DNA of 37,261 nucleotides from a virus (IMGVR_UViG_2711768064_000001:1-37261); one strand, 5' to 3'; numbered from the stretch's first letter, positions 16,256 to 27,550 are shown. Notes: a model not told the origin generated them from the letters alone. Program-made: numbers and translations.

Positions 16256-17985
16256 GCCGGAAATCTTACCCCAACGTAAATGCTGCCAATCAGTATGCCC
16301 GTGATGTCGTGCGCGGAAAGATTGTGGCCTGCCAGTTTGTGATTCAGGCCTGCCAGCGCCATCTTGATGACCTGATGGCGGAAAAAAGTAAGTCGTTTCG
16401 TTACCGCTTCGACAAGGACCTGGCTGAACGGGCCGCGAAATTTATTCAGCTGTTGCCACACACCAAGGGGGAGTGGGCATTCAAGAGGATGCCCATCACG
16501 CTGGAACCGTGGCAGCTCTTTGTGATCTGCTGTGCGTTTGGCTGGGTCAATAAAGGCTCCCGGCTGCGCCGCTTCAGGGAGGTGTATACCGAAATCCCCC
16601 GTAAGAACGGCAAATCGGCAATCTCTGCCGGTGTTGCCCTGTATTGTTTTGCCTGTGATAACGAGTTTGGCGCGGAAGTGTATTCCGGTGCCACGACAGA
16701 GAAACAGGCGTGGGAAGTCTTTCGCCCGGCGCGACTGATGTGTAAACGCACACCCATGCTGACGGAAGCGTTCGGGATTGAGGTTAACGCCTCAAACATG
16801 AACCGTCCGGAGGATGGCGCGCGGTTTGAACCGCTGATCGGTAACCCCGGTGATGGTTCATCACCCCACTGTGCCGTGGTGGATGAATATCACGAGCACG
16901 CCACCGATGCGCTTTATACCACGATGCTTACCGGGATGGGCGCGCGACGTCAGCCACTGATGTGGGCCATCACCACCGCCGGGTACAACATTGAGGGGCC
17001 GTGCTACGACAAGCGGCGGGAAGTTATCGAGATGCTCAACGGTTCGGTACCCAACGATGAATTGTTCGGGATCATCTATACCGTTGACGAAGGCGATGAC
17101 TGGACCGACCCGCAGGTGCTGGAAAAAGCTAACCCGAATATTGGCGTGTCGGTTTATCGCGAATTTTTGTTAAGTCAGCAGCAGCGTGCGAAAAATAACG
17201 CCCGTCTGGCAAACGTCTTTAAAACAAAACACCTCAATATCTGGGTGTCGGCGCGTTCGGCGTATTTCAACCTGGTGAGCTGGCAGAGCTGCGAGGATAA
17301 ATCACTGACCCTTGAGCAGTTCGAGGGGCAACCGTGCATTCTGGCCTTTGACCTGGCGCGTAAGCTGGATATGAACAGCATGGCGCGACTTTATACCCGC
17401 GAGATTGACGGTAAAACGCATTACTACAGTGTGGCCCCGCGTTTCTGGGTACCGTATGACACGGTGTACAGCGTCGAGAAAAATGAAGATCGACGGACAG
17501 CCGAACGCTTTCAGAAATGGGTGGAAATGGGCGTTCTGACCGTTACCGATGGTGCGGAGGTGGATTATCGCTACATCCTCGAGGAGGCCAAAGCGGCGAA
17601 CAAAATCAGCCCGGTCAGTGAGTCACCCATCGACCCCTTCGGGGCGACCGGGTTGTCACATGACCTTGCTGATGAAGACCTGAATCCCGTCACTATCATT
17701 CAGAACTACACCAACATGTCCGACCCGATGAAAGAGCTGGAAGCGGCAATTGAATCGGGGCGCTTTCATCATGATGGCAATCCCATCATGACCTGGTGTA
17801 TCGGCAATGTGGTCGGCAAAACCATTCCGGGTAACGATGATGTGGTGAAACCCGTCAAAGAGCAGGCGGAAAACAAAATTGACGGTGCAGTTGCGCTGAT
17901 TATGGCGGTTGGCAGAGCCATGCTGTACGAGAAAGAAGACACGCTGTCTGACCACATTGAGTCCTATGGGATCCGCTCGCTTTAA
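16252..17985 (+). CDS. Terminase large subunit
   Basis: 577 aa with ATPase and nuclease regions; gene order HNH-TerS-TerL-portal. Confidence 0.9.
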   Translation: MSRKSYPNVNAANQYARDVVRGKIVACQFVIQACQRHLDDLMAEKSKSFRYRFDKDLAERAAKFIQLLPHTKGEWAFKRMPITLEPWQLFVICCAFGWVNKGSRLRRFREVYTEIPRKNGKSAISAGVALYCFACDNEFGAEVYSGATTEKQAWEVFRPARLMCKRTPMLTEAFGIEVNASNMNRPEDGARFEPLIGNPGDGSSPHCAVVDEYHEHATDALYTTMLTGMGARRQPLMWAITTAGYNIEGPCYDKRREVIEMLNGSVPNDELFGIIYTVDEGDDWTDPQVLEKANPNIGVSVYREFLLSQQQRAKNNARLANVFKTKHLNIWVSARSAYFNLVSWQSCEDKSLTLEQFEGQPCILAFDLARKLDMNSMARLYTREIDGKTHYYSVAPRFWVPYDTVYSVEKNEDRRTAERFQKWVEMGVLTVTDGAEVDYRYILEEAKAANKISPVSESPIDPFGATGLSHDLADEDLNPVTIIQNYTNMSDPMKELEAAIESGRFHHDGNPIMTWCIGNVVGKTIPGNDDVVKPVKEQAENKIDGAVALIMAVGRAMLYEKEDTLSDHIESYGIRSL

Positions 17986-17996
17986 CTGAGGTAATT

Positions 17997-18179
17997 ATGA
18001 TCATGCTGATTCTCGCGCCTCTGGTGGGCGTGCTGGGGGCGCTTTTGCTGGCGTATGGTGCCTGGCTGATTTATCCCCCAGCGGGGTTTGTTGTTGCCGG
18101 GGCGTTGTGCCTGTTCTGGTCGTGGCTGGTGGCGCGATATCTCGACCGTACACAGCTGTCTGTTGGTGGAGGTAAATAG
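17997..18179 (+). CDS. Small hydrophobic protein between terminase and portal
   Basis: 60-aa ORF with two hydrophobic segments. Confidence 0.35.
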   Translation: MIMLILAPLVGVLGALLLAYGAWLIYPPAGFVVAGALCLFWSWLVARYLDRTQLSVGGGK

Positions 18180-19420
18180 TGTTCTTTTCGGGATTATTTC
18201 AACGAAAAAGTGACGCACCGGTGACCACGCCAGCAGAGCTGGCGGAGGCTATCGGGCTGTCCTACGACACCTATACCGGAAAGCAGATCAGCAGTCAGCG
18301 GGCCATGCGACTGACGGCGGTTTTTTCCTGCGTCAGAGTGCTGGCAGAGTCGGTCGGGATGTTGCCCTGCAATCTGTATCACCTGAACGGCAGCCTGAAG
18401 CAGAGAGCCACCGGCGAACGTCTGCATAAACTGATCTCCACGCATCCCAATGGCTATATGACGCCGCAGGAGTTCTGGGAGCTGGTGGTCACCTGTCTGT
18501 GCCTGCGGGGAAACTTTTACGCCTACAAAGTGAAAGCATTTGGCGAAGTGGCTGAACTGCTGCCCGTCGATCCCGGCTGTGTGGTACCGAAGCTTAACAG
18601 TAGCTGGGAGCCGATCTATCAGGTCACATTCCCGGATGGCTCCACGGATGTACTGAGCCAGGAGGATATCTGGCATGTGCGCACGCTGACGCTGGACGGA
18701 CTGGTGGGGCTGAATCCCATCGCCTATGCCCGCGAGGCAATATCGCTGGCAGCTGCGACCGAAGAGCACGGGGCCAGACTGTTCAGCAATGGCGCGGTGA
18801 CGTCGGGGGTGTTGCGTACAGAGCAGACGCTGTCAGATCAGGCTTATGAGCGCCTGAAGAAAGATTTTGAGGAGCGTCACACCGGGCTTGGCAATGCTCA
18901 CCGCCCGATGATCCTTGAGATGGGGCTGGACTGGAAGTCGATGGCGCTGAACGCCGAGGACAGCCAGTTCCTGGAAACCCGCAAGTTTCAGCTTGAAGAA
19001 ATCTGTCGTCTGTTCCGGGTGCCGTTGCACATGGTGCAGAACACCGATCGCGCCACCTTCAACAATATCGAAGAGCTGGGGCTGGGATTTATCAACTATT
19101 CACTGGTGCCGTATCTGACCCGCATCGAACAGCGGATCAACACCGGACTGGTACGAAAAAGTAAGCAGGGCGTTTATTACGCCAAATTTAACGCCGGGGC
19201 GTTACTGCGCGGGGATATGAAGTCCCGTTTTGAAGCCTACGCCACCGGGATCAACTGGGGAATTTACTCTCCCAATGACTGCCGCGACCTGGAAGATATG
19301 AATCCGCGTCCCGGTGGTGATGTCTATCTCACACCGATGAACATGACCACGAAACCCTCCGATGGCAGTAAAGCCGGTAAGCAGAAGGATAACGCCAATG
19401 CAGACGAAACAACGTCTTGA
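18179..19420 (+). CDS. Portal protein (HK97 family)
   Basis: 413 aa following terminase; HK97-type portal gene order. Confidence 0.85.
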   Translation: MFFSGLFQRKSDAPVTTPAELAEAIGLSYDTYTGKQISSQRAMRLTAVFSCVRVLAESVGMLPCNLYHLNGSLKQRATGERLHKLISTHPNGYMTPQEFWELVVTCLCLRGNFYAYKVKAFGEVAELLPVDPGCVVPKLNSSWEPIYQVTFPDGSTDVLSQEDIWHVRTLTLDGLVGLNPIAYAREAISLAAATEEHGARLFSNGAVTSGVLRTEQTLSDQAYERLKKDFEERHTGLGNAHRPMILEMGLDWKSMALNAEDSQFLETRKFQLEEICRLFRVPLHMVQNTDRATFNNIEELGLGFINYSLVPYLTRIEQRINTGLVRKSKQGVYYAKFNAGALLRGDMKSRFEAYATGINWGIYSPNDCRDLEDMNPRPGGDVYLTPMNMTTKPSDGSKAGKQKDNANADETTS

Positions 19421-20048
19421 TGTACCGCTGAGTCTGAAATCTGTCAGTGACTCCGGTGAGTTTGAAGGGTATGGCTCCGTCTTTGGTGTAAAGGACAGCC
19501 ACGATGATGTGGTGATGTCCGGGGCATTTGCTGCTTCCCTGCGGGCGTGGAGTGACAGAAAAGCGTTACCTGCGCTGCTCTGGCAGCACCGCATGGATGA
19601 ACCCATCGGTGTTTACACCGAAATGAAGGAAGACGATGTCGGGCTTTACGTCAGGGGACGGTTGCTTATTGATGATGATCCCCTCGCAAAACGCGCACAT
19701 GCACACATGAAGGCCGGTTCGTTAACCGGCCTTTCTATTGGGTACGTCCTGAAAGACTGGGAATACGACCGGAGCAAAGAAGCCTTTCTGCTGAAAGAAA
19801 TCGACCTCTGGGAAGTCAGCCTGGTGACGTTCCCGTCTAACGACGAGGCGCGGATCAGCGACGTCAAGAACGCACTGGCCCGCGGGGAAATCCCCGAACA
19901 GAAAAAAATCGAAAGAGTCCTGCGTGATGTCGGACTCTCCCGTACCCAGGCCAAAGCATTCATGGCCGGGGGCTATGGCGCACTGTCCCTGCGCGACGCT
20001 GAGGATGTGGGCTCTGCACTGAATGCACTGAAAAATCTGAACTTCTAA
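19398..20048 (+). CDS. Prohead maturation protease (HK97 family)
   Basis: Motif GYGSVFGVKDSHDDVV typical of HK97 prohead proteases; start at ATG 19398. Confidence 0.8.
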   Translation: MQTKQRLDVPLSLKSVSDSGEFEGYGSVFGVKDSHDDVVMSGAFAASLRAWSDRKALPALLWQHRMDEPIGVYTEMKEDDVGLYVRGRLLIDDDPLAKRAHAHMKAGSLTGLSIGYVLKDWEYDRSKEAFLLKEIDLWEVSLVTFPSNDEARISDVKNALARGEIPEQKKIERVLRDVGLSRTQAKAFMAGGYGALSLRDAEDVGSALNALKNLNF

Positions 20049-20062
20049 TCAGGAGAAATACG

Positions 20063-21268
20063 ATGGCGGTTGATATTAAAGATGTCGAACAGGTCGCGCA
20101 GGAGCTGCAGCAGAAGTTTGACGACTTTAAAGCAAAGAACGACAAGCGCGTGGATGCGATTGAGCAGGAAAAAGGCAAGCTTGCCGGGCAGGTGGAAACC
20201 CTGAACGGGAAACTCAGCGAGCTGGAAAATCTCAAAAGTGATCTTGAAAAAGAGTTGCTTGAGCTGAAACGTCCGGCAGGTGGTGCGCAAAATAAACTGG
20301 CCACCGAGCATAAAGAGGCGTTTGTGGGCTTCCTGCGTAAAGGCCGTGAAGACGGTCTGCGCGATCTGGAGCGTAAGGCATTGCAGGTGGGTACCGATGA
20401 AGACGGTGGCTACGCCGTGCCGGAAGAACTGGATCGCAACATTCTTAACCTGCTGAAAGATGAAGTGGTGATGCGTCAGGAAGCCACGGTGATCACCGTT
20501 GGTGGTTCCGACTACAAAAAACTGGTGAATCTGGGCGGCACGGCTTCCGGATGGGTTGGCGAGACTGACGCGCGCTCCCAGACTGCCACCTCAAAGCTGG
20601 GCCTGATTGAACCTTTCATGGGGGAAATCTACGGTAACCCGCAGGCCACCCAGAAAATGCTGGATGATGCCTTTTTCAACGTGGAGGCCTGGATCAACAG
20701 CGAGCTGGCAACCGAATTTGCCGAACAGGAAGAAATTGCCTTTACCTCAGGCGATGGCACCAAGAAGCCGAAAGGGTTCCTGGCGTATGAATCCACTGAT
20801 GAAACCGACAAGGTCCGGGCGTTCGGCAAACTTCAGCATATTGTATCCGGCGAAGCGACCGCGGTGACCGCAGACGCCATTATCAAACTGATTTACACGC
20901 TGCGTAAGGCACACCGCACTGGCGCGAAGTTCATGATGAACAACAACAGCCTGTTTGCCATCCGTCTGCTGAAAGACACCGAGGGTAACTATCTGTGGCG
21001 TCCGGGGCTGGAACTGGGGCAGCCGTCCTCTCTGGCGGGTTACGGTATCGCTGAAAACGAACAGATGCCGGATATCGCCGCTGATGCGAAAGCCATTGCA
21101 TTTGGTAACTTCAAACGGGGTTACACCATCGTTGACCGTATCGGCACCCGCATTCTGCGTGACCCGTACACCAATAAACCGTTTGTCGGTTTTTATACCA
21201 CCAAGCGCACCGGCGGGATGCTGGTCGATTCGCAGGCCATCAAACTGCTGAAGATTGCAGCGGCGTAA
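20063..21268 (+). CDS. Major capsid protein (HK97 fold family)
   Basis: 401 aa with N-terminal coiled-coil scaffolding-like delta domain followed by capsid domain. Confidence 0.85.
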   Translation: MAVDIKDVEQVAQELQQKFDDFKAKNDKRVDAIEQEKGKLAGQVETLNGKLSELENLKSDLEKELLELKRPAGGAQNKLATEHKEAFVGFLRKGREDGLRDLERKALQVGTDEDGGYAVPEELDRNILNLLKDEVVMRQEATVITVGGSDYKKLVNLGGTASGWVGETDARSQTATSKLGLIEPFMGEIYGNPQATQKMLDDAFFNVEAWINSELATEFAEQEEIAFTSGDGTKKPKGFLAYESTDETDKVRAFGKLQHIVSGEATAVTADAIIKLIYTLRKAHRTGAKFMMNNNSLFAIRLLKDTEGNYLWRPGLELGQPSSLAGYGIAENEQMPDIAADAKAIAFGNFKRGYTIVDRIGTRILRDPYTNKPFVGFYTTKRTGGMLVDSQAIKLLKIAAA

Positions 21269-21317
21269 TCACTCAGGGGCGTGGAACCGCGCCCCCTGTT
21301 CTGACGGGTGAAGAATC

Positions 21318-21518
21318 ATGATCCTGAAACAAGATCTGAAATGGTCACCGGACGGTATGCGTGTTGAGGTCATTCGGGCCGGTGAGTATGACGACGGGGC
21401 GCTTCCTGCCCGGGTGCAGGAGATTGCACTTCAGGCCGGGTTAGCAGAGCGCGGAATCAGTGCAAAAAGCAGTAAAGCGGCAAAAGAGAAAAAAGCCTCG
21501 ACCAGTAAAGAGGGCTGA
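21318..21518 (+). CDS. Hypothetical small head-associated protein
   Basis: 66-aa ORF between capsid and connector genes. Confidence 0.4.
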   Translation: MILKQDLKWSPDGMRVEVIRAGEYDDGALPARVQEIALQAGLAERGISAKSSKAAKEKKASTSKEG

Positions 21519-21520
21519 GT

Positions 21521-21844
21521 ATGCTTCTGACAATGGAAGAGATTAAAGCCCAACTCCGGCTGGATGAGGATTTCGATGCTGATGACCGCCATCTGCAACT
21601 GCTGGCCTGTGCGGCACAAAAGCGGACGGAAACGTATCTGAACCGGAAGCTCTATGCACCGGATGAAACCATTCCGGACAGCGATCCGGACGGGCTGCAC
21701 CTGCCGGATGATATTCGTCTGGGGATGCTGATGCTTATCAGCCATTTTTACGAAAATCGCTCGTCGGTTACGGAAGTGGAGAAACTCGACATGCCGCAGA
21801 GTTTTGGCTGGCTTGTCGGCCCGTACAGGTACTTTCCGCAATGA
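21521..21844 (+). CDS. Head-tail connector (gp6-like)
   Basis: Size and position; acidic N-terminus typical of gp6-like proteins. Confidence 0.65.
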   Translation: MLLTMEEIKAQLRLDEDFDADDRHLQLLACAAQKRTETYLNRKLYAPDETIPDSDPDGLHLPDDIRLGMLMLISHFYENRSSVTEVEKLDMPQSFGWLVGPYRYFPQ

Positions 21845-22251
21845 AAATTCGTCAGGCGCAGACCAGCGCAACCTACATTCTGCCGGACCCCGGTGAACTG
21901 AATAAACGCGTCCTGATCCGCCTGCGGGTGGATATGCCCGCGGATAACTTTGGCGTGGAGCCTCAATACCCGGTTACGTTCCGGACATGGGCGAAGGTTA
22001 TCCAGACCAGTGCCACCACCTGGCAGGAAACCGCGCAGACCGGGGACGCCATCACCCATTACATCACCATTCGTTACCGCCGGGGGATCACCGCTGATTA
22101 TGAGGTGGTCTGCGGTGACAGTGTGTACCGGGTGAAACGTCAGCGCGATCTGAACGGGGCGCGGCGCTTTCTGCTGCTGGAGTGTACGGAGCTGGGCGAA
22201 TGTAGGCAGAGTCACGGAGGCAACAATGACGACTTCCTTTTTGCACGTTGA
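21841..22251 (+). CDS. Head closure / head-tail adaptor protein
   Basis: Gene order. Confidence 0.55.
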   Translation: MKIRQAQTSATYILPDPGELNKRVLIRLRVDMPADNFGVEPQYPVTFRTWAKVIQTSATTWQETAQTGDAITHYITIRYRRGITADYEVVCGDSVYRVKRQRDLNGARRFLLLECTELGECRQSHGGNNDDFLFAR

Positions 22252-22732
22252 TTTTCAGCAGCCCGCGGAGATGCGCTTTAACCGCGCCCGTGTCCGGCGG
22301 GCGTTTGTCACGATTGGTCAGCGTCATATGCGTGATGCCCGTCGGCTGGTGATGCGCCGTGCGCGGTCGGCACCGGGTGAAAACCCCGGTTATCAGACCG
22401 GACGCCTGGCTCGTTCGATTGGTTATATGGTCCCCAGAGCCAGTAAACATCGCCCCGGTTTTATGGCACGTATAGCCCCTAACCAGCGTAATGGTGAGGG
22501 AAACCGCCACATCACCGGTGATTTTTATCCGGCTTTTTTGTTCTATGGCGTGAAGAGAGGGGCAAAGCGTCGTCGCAGCCATCATCGTGGTGCATCCGGT
22601 GGCAGAGGCTGGCGACTGGCTCCACGTAATAACTTCATGGTGGAAACGCTTGAAAAGAACCACAGCTGGACACGCTATTTTCTGGCGCGGGAATTGCGTA
22701 AATCACTGAAGCCGGAGCGACGACACAGATGA
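22226..22732 (+). CDS. HK97 gp10-like tail completion / morphogenesis protein
   Basis: Gene order; basic protein. Confidence 0.5.
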   Translation: MTTSFLHVDFQQPAEMRFNRARVRRAFVTIGQRHMRDARRLVMRRARSAPGENPGYQTGRLARSIGYMVPRASKHRPGFMARIAPNQRNGEGNRHITGDFYPAFLFYGVKRGAKRRRSHHRGASGGRGWRLAPRNNFMVETLEKNHSWTRYFLARELRKSLKPERRHR

Positions 22733-23289
22733 AACTGACGCCTGTTATTGCTGCACTGCGTGCCCGCTGTCCGTATTTTGAAAACCGGGTTGCAGGCGCG
22801 GCACAGTTCAAAAATCTGCCGGAGGTCGGAAAGCTGAGACTCCCGGCGGCGTATGTGGTACCGGGGGATGATTCTCCGGGAGAAAACAAAAGCCAGACCG
22901 ACTACTGGCAGGAGCTGAAAGAGGGCTTCTCCGTAGTTGTCATACTGAGTAACGGGCGTGATGAGCGCGGTCAGTTTGCTTCGTATGATGTGGTGGACGA
23001 TGTCCGGCAGATGCTCTTTAAGGCCCTGCTGGGCTGGAACCCGGAAGCGTGCGGTAACCCGATTAACTATGACGGCGGCACGCTGCTGGATCTGAATCGT
23101 CATGAGCTGATTTATCAGTTCGATTTTTCGATCATCAGCGAGCTGACTGAAGACGATACCCGCCAGCAGGATGACCTGAACAGTCTGGATGAACTGCGAA
23201 CGCTGGCGATTGATGTTGATTATCTCGATCCCGGTAACGGGCCTGACGGCGATATCGAACATCACACCGAAATAACCCTTCCTTCCTGA
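22729..23289 (+). CDS. Mu gp36-like structural protein
   Basis: Gene order upstream of sheath. Confidence 0.45.
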   Translation: MKLTPVIAALRARCPYFENRVAGAAQFKNLPEVGKLRLPAAYVVPGDDSPGENKSQTDYWQELKEGFSVVVILSNGRDERGQFASYDVVDDVRQMLFKALLGWNPEACGNPINYDGGTLLDLNRHELIYQFDFSIISELTEDDTRQQDDLNSLDELRTLAIDVDYLDPGNGPDGDIEHHTEITLPS

Positions 23290-23297
23290 GAATCTTC

Positions 23298-23465
23298 ATG
23301 TTTGTGAAACCTGTTAAAGGGCGGTCAGTGCCTGACCCTGCCCGCGGTGACCTTTTGCCCGCCGAAGGGCGAAATGTTGACGAGAACAACTACTGGCTGC
23401 GCCGTGAAGCAGCGGGTGATATCCGGCGCGTGAATAAAAAGGTGAACACCGATGACGATAAGCTT
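23298..23465 (+). CDS. Small protein preceding tail sheath (DUF2635-like)
   Basis: 55-aa ORF not in track (below 60 aa), stop overlaps sheath start. Confidence 0.4.
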
Positions 23466-24948
23466 TAACACCATTCCGTCGAATACGCTGGTTCCGCTGT
23501 TTTATGCGGAAATGGATAACCAGGCGGCGAATACTGCACAGGACAGCGGAGCATCGCTGCTGATTGGTCATGCCAATAACGGTGCAGAGATTGTTGCCAA
23601 CAGTCTGGTGCTGATGCCGTCGGCAGACTATGCACGCCAGATTTGTGGTGCGGGAAGTCAGCTGGCGCGTATGGTCGAGGCTTATCGCCAGACCGACCCG
23701 TTTGGTGAACTGTATGTAATTGCCGTTCCTGAATCCACGGGCGCGGCGGCAACAGTTACGCTGACGGTGACCGGGGCGGCAACCGAAACCGGCACGGTGA
23801 ATGTTTATGTGGGACGTACCCGCGTGCAGGCACCGGTGACTAACGGCGATAACGTCACGACGATTGCCAGCAGTATCCAGGATGCCATCAATGCCGTTCC
23901 GGCCCTGCCGTTTACGGCCTCATCTTCGGCTGGCGTGGTCACACTGACCGCGCGTCATAAGGGGCTTTGCGGGAATGAAATTCCTGTCAGCCTCAATTAC
24001 TACGGCTTTGGTGGGGGCGAAGTGCTGCCTGCGGGCGTACAGATTGCCGTGGCGACGGGGACCGCCGGAACGGGCTCTCCTGTTCTCACCGGCGCGGTGG
24101 CTGCAATGGCGGATGAGCCGTTTGATTATATCGGCCTGCCGTTCAACGACACGGCCTCCGTTAACACGCTGGTGACCGAGATGAACGATACCAGCGGTCG
24201 CTGGAGCTATGCGCGTCAGCTGTATGGTCATGTGTATACGGCAAAGATCGGCACGCTGTCAGAACTGGTGACCGCAGGTGACCAGTTTAACCAGCAGCAC
24301 ATTACCCTGGCGGGGTACGAAAAAGAGACCCAGACGCCTGCCGACGAGCTGGCGGCAAGCCGTACCGCCCGCGCAGCGGTGTTTATCCGCAACGATCCGG
24401 CACGTCCCACGCAGACCGGTGAGCTGGTGGGTATGCTGCCTGCGCCGAAGGGGAAACGGTTCACGATGACCGAGCAGCAGACCCTGCTGTCTCATGGCGT
24501 GGCAACGGCGTATGTCGAAAGCGGGGTGCTGCGCATTCAGCGTGATGTCACCACGTACAGGAAAAACGCTTACGGGGTTGCGGATAACAGCTACCTCGAC
24601 AGCGAGACGCTGCATACCAGTGCGTATGTACTGCGCAAACTGAAATCCGTCATTACCAGTAAGTACGGGCGTCACAAGCTTGCCAGCGACGGTACCCGTT
24701 TTGGTCCCGGTCAGGCGATTGTCACCCCGGCGGTAATCAAAGGGGAACTGCTGGCAACCTACCGTCAGCTTGAGCGTGCGGGGATCGTGGAAAACTACGA
24801 ACTGTTTAAGCAGTACCTGGTTGTGGAGCGTGATGCCAGCGATCCGAACCGCCTGAACACGCTGTTCCCGCCTGACTATGTTAACCAGTTGCGTGTTTTT
24901 GCCGTGGTTAACCAGTTCCGTCTTCAGTATTCAGAGGAGTCTGCATAA
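23452..24948 (+). CDS. Contractile tail sheath protein (Mu gpL-like)
   Basis: 498 aa followed by tube, chaperone and tape measure. Confidence 0.85.
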   Translation: MTISFNTIPSNTLVPLFYAEMDNQAANTAQDSGASLLIGHANNGAEIVANSLVLMPSADYARQICGAGSQLARMVEAYRQTDPFGELYVIAVPESTGAAATVTLTVTGAATETGTVNVYVGRTRVQAPVTNGDNVTTIASSIQDAINAVPALPFTASSSAGVVTLTARHKGLCGNEIPVSLNYYGFGGGEVLPAGVQIAVATGTAGTGSPVLTGAVAAMADEPFDYIGLPFNDTASVNTLVTEMNDTSGRWSYARQLYGHVYTAKIGTLSELVTAGDQFNQQHITLAGYEKETQTPADELAASRTARAAVFIRNDPARPTQTGELVGMLPAPKGKRFTMTEQQTLLSHGVATAYVESGVLRIQRDVTTYRKNAYGVADNSYLDSETLHTSAYVLRKLKSVITSKYGRHKLASDGTRFGPGQAIVTPAVIKGELLATYRQLERAGIVENYELFKQYLVVERDASDPNRLNTLFPPDYVNQLRVFAVVNQFRLQYSEESA

Positions 24949-25304
24949 TGGCCCGTATCGGGGGAACCTGTTATTTCAAAATTGACGGTCAGCAGCTATC
25001 GCTGACCGGCGGCATTGAGGTGCCCATGAACAGGACGGTCAATGATGACATCATCGGCCTGGACGGTTCAGTGGACCGCAAGGAAACTCACCGTGCGCCT
25101 TATGTCAAAGGGACCTTCAAGGTGCCGAAGAATTTTCCGGTGAGCAAAATCACCTCGTCTGATGAGATGACCATCACTGCCGAGCTGGCGAACGGTCAGG
25201 TCTATGTATTGTCGTCCGCCTGGCTGCACGGAGAAGCGAACCATAATGCCGAAGAAGGCACGGTTGATCTTGAGTTCCACGGTGAAGAAGGGGATTACCA
25301 GTAA
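24948..25304 (+). CDS. Tail tube protein
   Basis: 118 aa directly after sheath. Confidence 0.75.
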   Translation: MARIGGTCYFKIDGQQLSLTGGIEVPMNRTVNDDIIGLDGSVDRKETHRAPYVKGTFKVPKNFPVSKITSSDEMTITAELANGQVYVLSSAWLHGEANHNAEEGTVDLEFHGEEGDYQ

Positions 25305-25722
25305 TGAAAGAGCTTGAGTTAAAGAAACCGATTATCGCTCATGGTGAGACACTCTCCGTACTGGAGTTTGATGAACCCACCGGGAAGGATGTCCGCGAGC
25401 TGGGGTATCCCTACCAGATGAATCAGGATGAGTCCGTCAGACTTCTGGCGCATGTGGTGTCGAAATACATTGTGCGGCTGGCGAAAGTGCCGCAAAGCTC
25501 TGTCGACCAGATGTCTCCGGCAGACCTGAATGCAGCGGCGTGGCTTGTGGCCGGTTTTTTCCTCCAGGCCTGACGGCTGAATACCTCACTGATCGCTTCT
25601 TTGACTGCGCCAGTTACTGGCGCATTAATCCCTTCGAATTGCTGAATATGCCGATCAGTGAAATTCCCTTGCTGGTCAGTCAGGCAAACAGGATAGAGCA
25701 GGAGAAACGCACACATGGCTGA
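25304..25722 (+). CDS. Tail assembly chaperone with -1 programmed-frameshift extension
   Basis: Short form ends 25573; slippery heptamer TTTTTTC at 25555-25561 allows -1 shift into ORF ending 25722. Confidence 0.6.
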
Positions 25723-27550
25723 ATTTGAGCTTAAGGCGTTGATCACCGGTGTCGACAGGCTTTCTCCCGCGCTGTCGAAAATGCAAAAGAAAATCCGGGG
25801 ATTTAAACGCCAGGCGGAAGAAGCGTCACAGGGTGGGCTGGCGCTTGGTGGCGGACTGGCTGCGGGTCTGACGCTTTCCCTGAAATCTTATGCCGATCAG
25901 GAAAACGCCGCCACCGGGCTGAAAGTTGCCATGATGGATGCGAACGGTGAGGTCGGAAAGAGCTTTCAGGACATCAATAAACTGGCTATTGGCCTGGGTA
26001 ACCAGCTACCCGGTACAACGGCTGATTTCCAGAACATGATGCAGATGCTGGTGCGTCAGGGGATCCCGGCAGAAAACATTCTGGGTGGTGTGGGTAAAGC
26101 GACAGCTTATCTTGCGGTACAACTGAAAAAAACACCGGAAGCGGCTGCCGAGTTTGCCGCAAAGATGCAGGATGCTACCGGAACGGCCTCAGAAGACATG
26201 ATGGGGCTGTTCGACACAATTCAGAAGGCGTTTTATCTGGGCGTTGACGACACCAACATGCTGTCATTCTTCACTAAAACCAGCTCTGTTCTGAAGATGG
26301 TGAATAAGGACGGTCTTCAGGCTGCACAGAGTCTTGCCCCCATCAGTGTCATGATGGATCAGATGGGGATGAACGGGGAGTCGGCAGGTAATGCCCTGCG
26401 AAAAGTTATCCAGTCCGGATTAAGCGTTAAGAAAATCAGGGACGTCAATAAAATCATGGCCCGCCAGAAACTCGGGGTACAGCTCGATTTTACTGATGGC
26501 AAAGGGAGTTTTGGCGGTCTTGATAACATGTTCAGGCAACTGGCAAAGCTGCGAAAACTGACCGACGTTAAGCGAACCGGTGTACTTAAGGCAATATTTG
26601 GTGATGATGCCGAAACCCTTCAGGTGGTCAATGCTCTGATCGATAAAGGAAAGGATGGTTACGATCAGATCCAGCAGAAGATGCATAAACAGGCCAGCCT
26701 GAATAAACGTGTTCAGGCACAGCTTGGTACGCTGTCCAACCTGTGGGAGGCAATGACGGGGACCGCAACTAACGGTCTTGCAGCTATTGGCGGCGCATTT
26801 TCTGGTGACGCTAAAAATATCACGCAATGGCTGGGGGAGTTGGGGGAAAAATTCACGAAGTTTGCGGATGAAAATCCCCGGGTTATTCGCGGCGTCGTCG
26901 GGCTTGCTGCCGGTCTTGCGATTCTGAAACTGGGATTGATGGGCGTGGGCAGTGCCATCAGCATTGTCAGCAGGATCATGTCGATGACGCCGATTGGCAT
27001 GATTGCGACGGCGATAGCCCTGGCTGCGGGATTAATTATCACTAACTGGGATGTTGTCGGACCTTATTTCAAGAAGCTCTGGGAAACCATTGGTCCTTAT
27101 TTTGAGGCTGGCTGGGAACTCCTTAAGAAAGTTTTTGCCTGGTCGCCGCTGGGGATGGTGATCAATAACTGGGGGCCGGTTGTTAAGTGGTTTCAGGATA
27201 TGTGGGACAAGCTGAAGCCAATTATTGAGTGGTTTACCGACAGTTCCGGAGACACGGTCGATGCCATTAACTCTGCGCAGTGGGGCGCGGGTGCTTATGA
27301 TGCTTATGGGACGGGAATACCGGCACGGGGATACACACCTTATCCGGCGGTGGATCCGGCTCAGTCAAACAACGCCTCCGATGCCACAGGCCCGAATCCC
27401 TTCATGATTAACAAAGCTTCTGCGCCAAAAGTTGATGGTGAGATCAAGGTATCTTTTGTGAATTCGCCTCCGGGGATGCGGGTTATGGAAACGCGATCCA
27501 GCGGTTTTGATATAAATCACGATGTTGGCTATACGCATATTGGCAGATGA
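25715..27550 (+). CDS. Tail tape measure protein
   Basis: 611 aa, Gly/Ala-rich repeats and TM-like segments, after chaperone. Confidence 0.85.
   Translation: MAEFELKALITGVDRLSPALSKMQKKIRGFKRQAEEASQGGLALGGGLAAGLTLSLKSYADQENAATGLKVAMMDANGEVGKSFQDINKLAIGLGNQLPGTTADFQNMMQMLVRQGIPAENILGGVGKATAYLAVQLKKTPEAAAEFAAKMQDATGTASEDMMGLFDTIQKAFYLGVDDTNMLSFFTKTSSVLKMVNKDGLQAAQSLAPISVMMDQMGMNGESAGNALRKVIQSGLSVKKIRDVNKIMARQKLGVQLDFTDGKGSFGGLDNMFRQLAKLRKLTDVKRTGVLKAIFGDDAETLQVVNALIDKGKDGYDQIQQKMHKQASLNKRVQAQLGTLSNLWEAMTGTATNGLAAIGGAFSGDAKNITQWLGELGEKFTKFADENPRVIRGVVGLAAGLAILKLGLMGVGSAISIVSRIMSMTPIGMIATAIALAAGLIITNWDVVGPYFKKLWETIGPYFEAGWELLKKVFAWSPLGMVINNWGPVVKWFQDMWDKLKPIIEWFTDSSGDTVDAINSAQWGAGAYDAYGTGIPARGYTPYPAVDPAQSNNASDATGPNPFMINKASAPKVDGEIKVSFVNSPPGMRVMETRSSGFDINHDVGYTHIGR

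Noticed and set aside
19960-20304. Antisense ORFs inside structural genes (for example 19960-20304, 21431-21871, 21748-22215, 22088-22663, 22675-23265, 28724-29221, 29540-30172, 30951-31409)
   Set aside because: Entirely embedded opposite well-supported phage structural genes in GC-rich DNA; translations are Arg/Ser/Pro-rich low-complexity typical of spurious frames.
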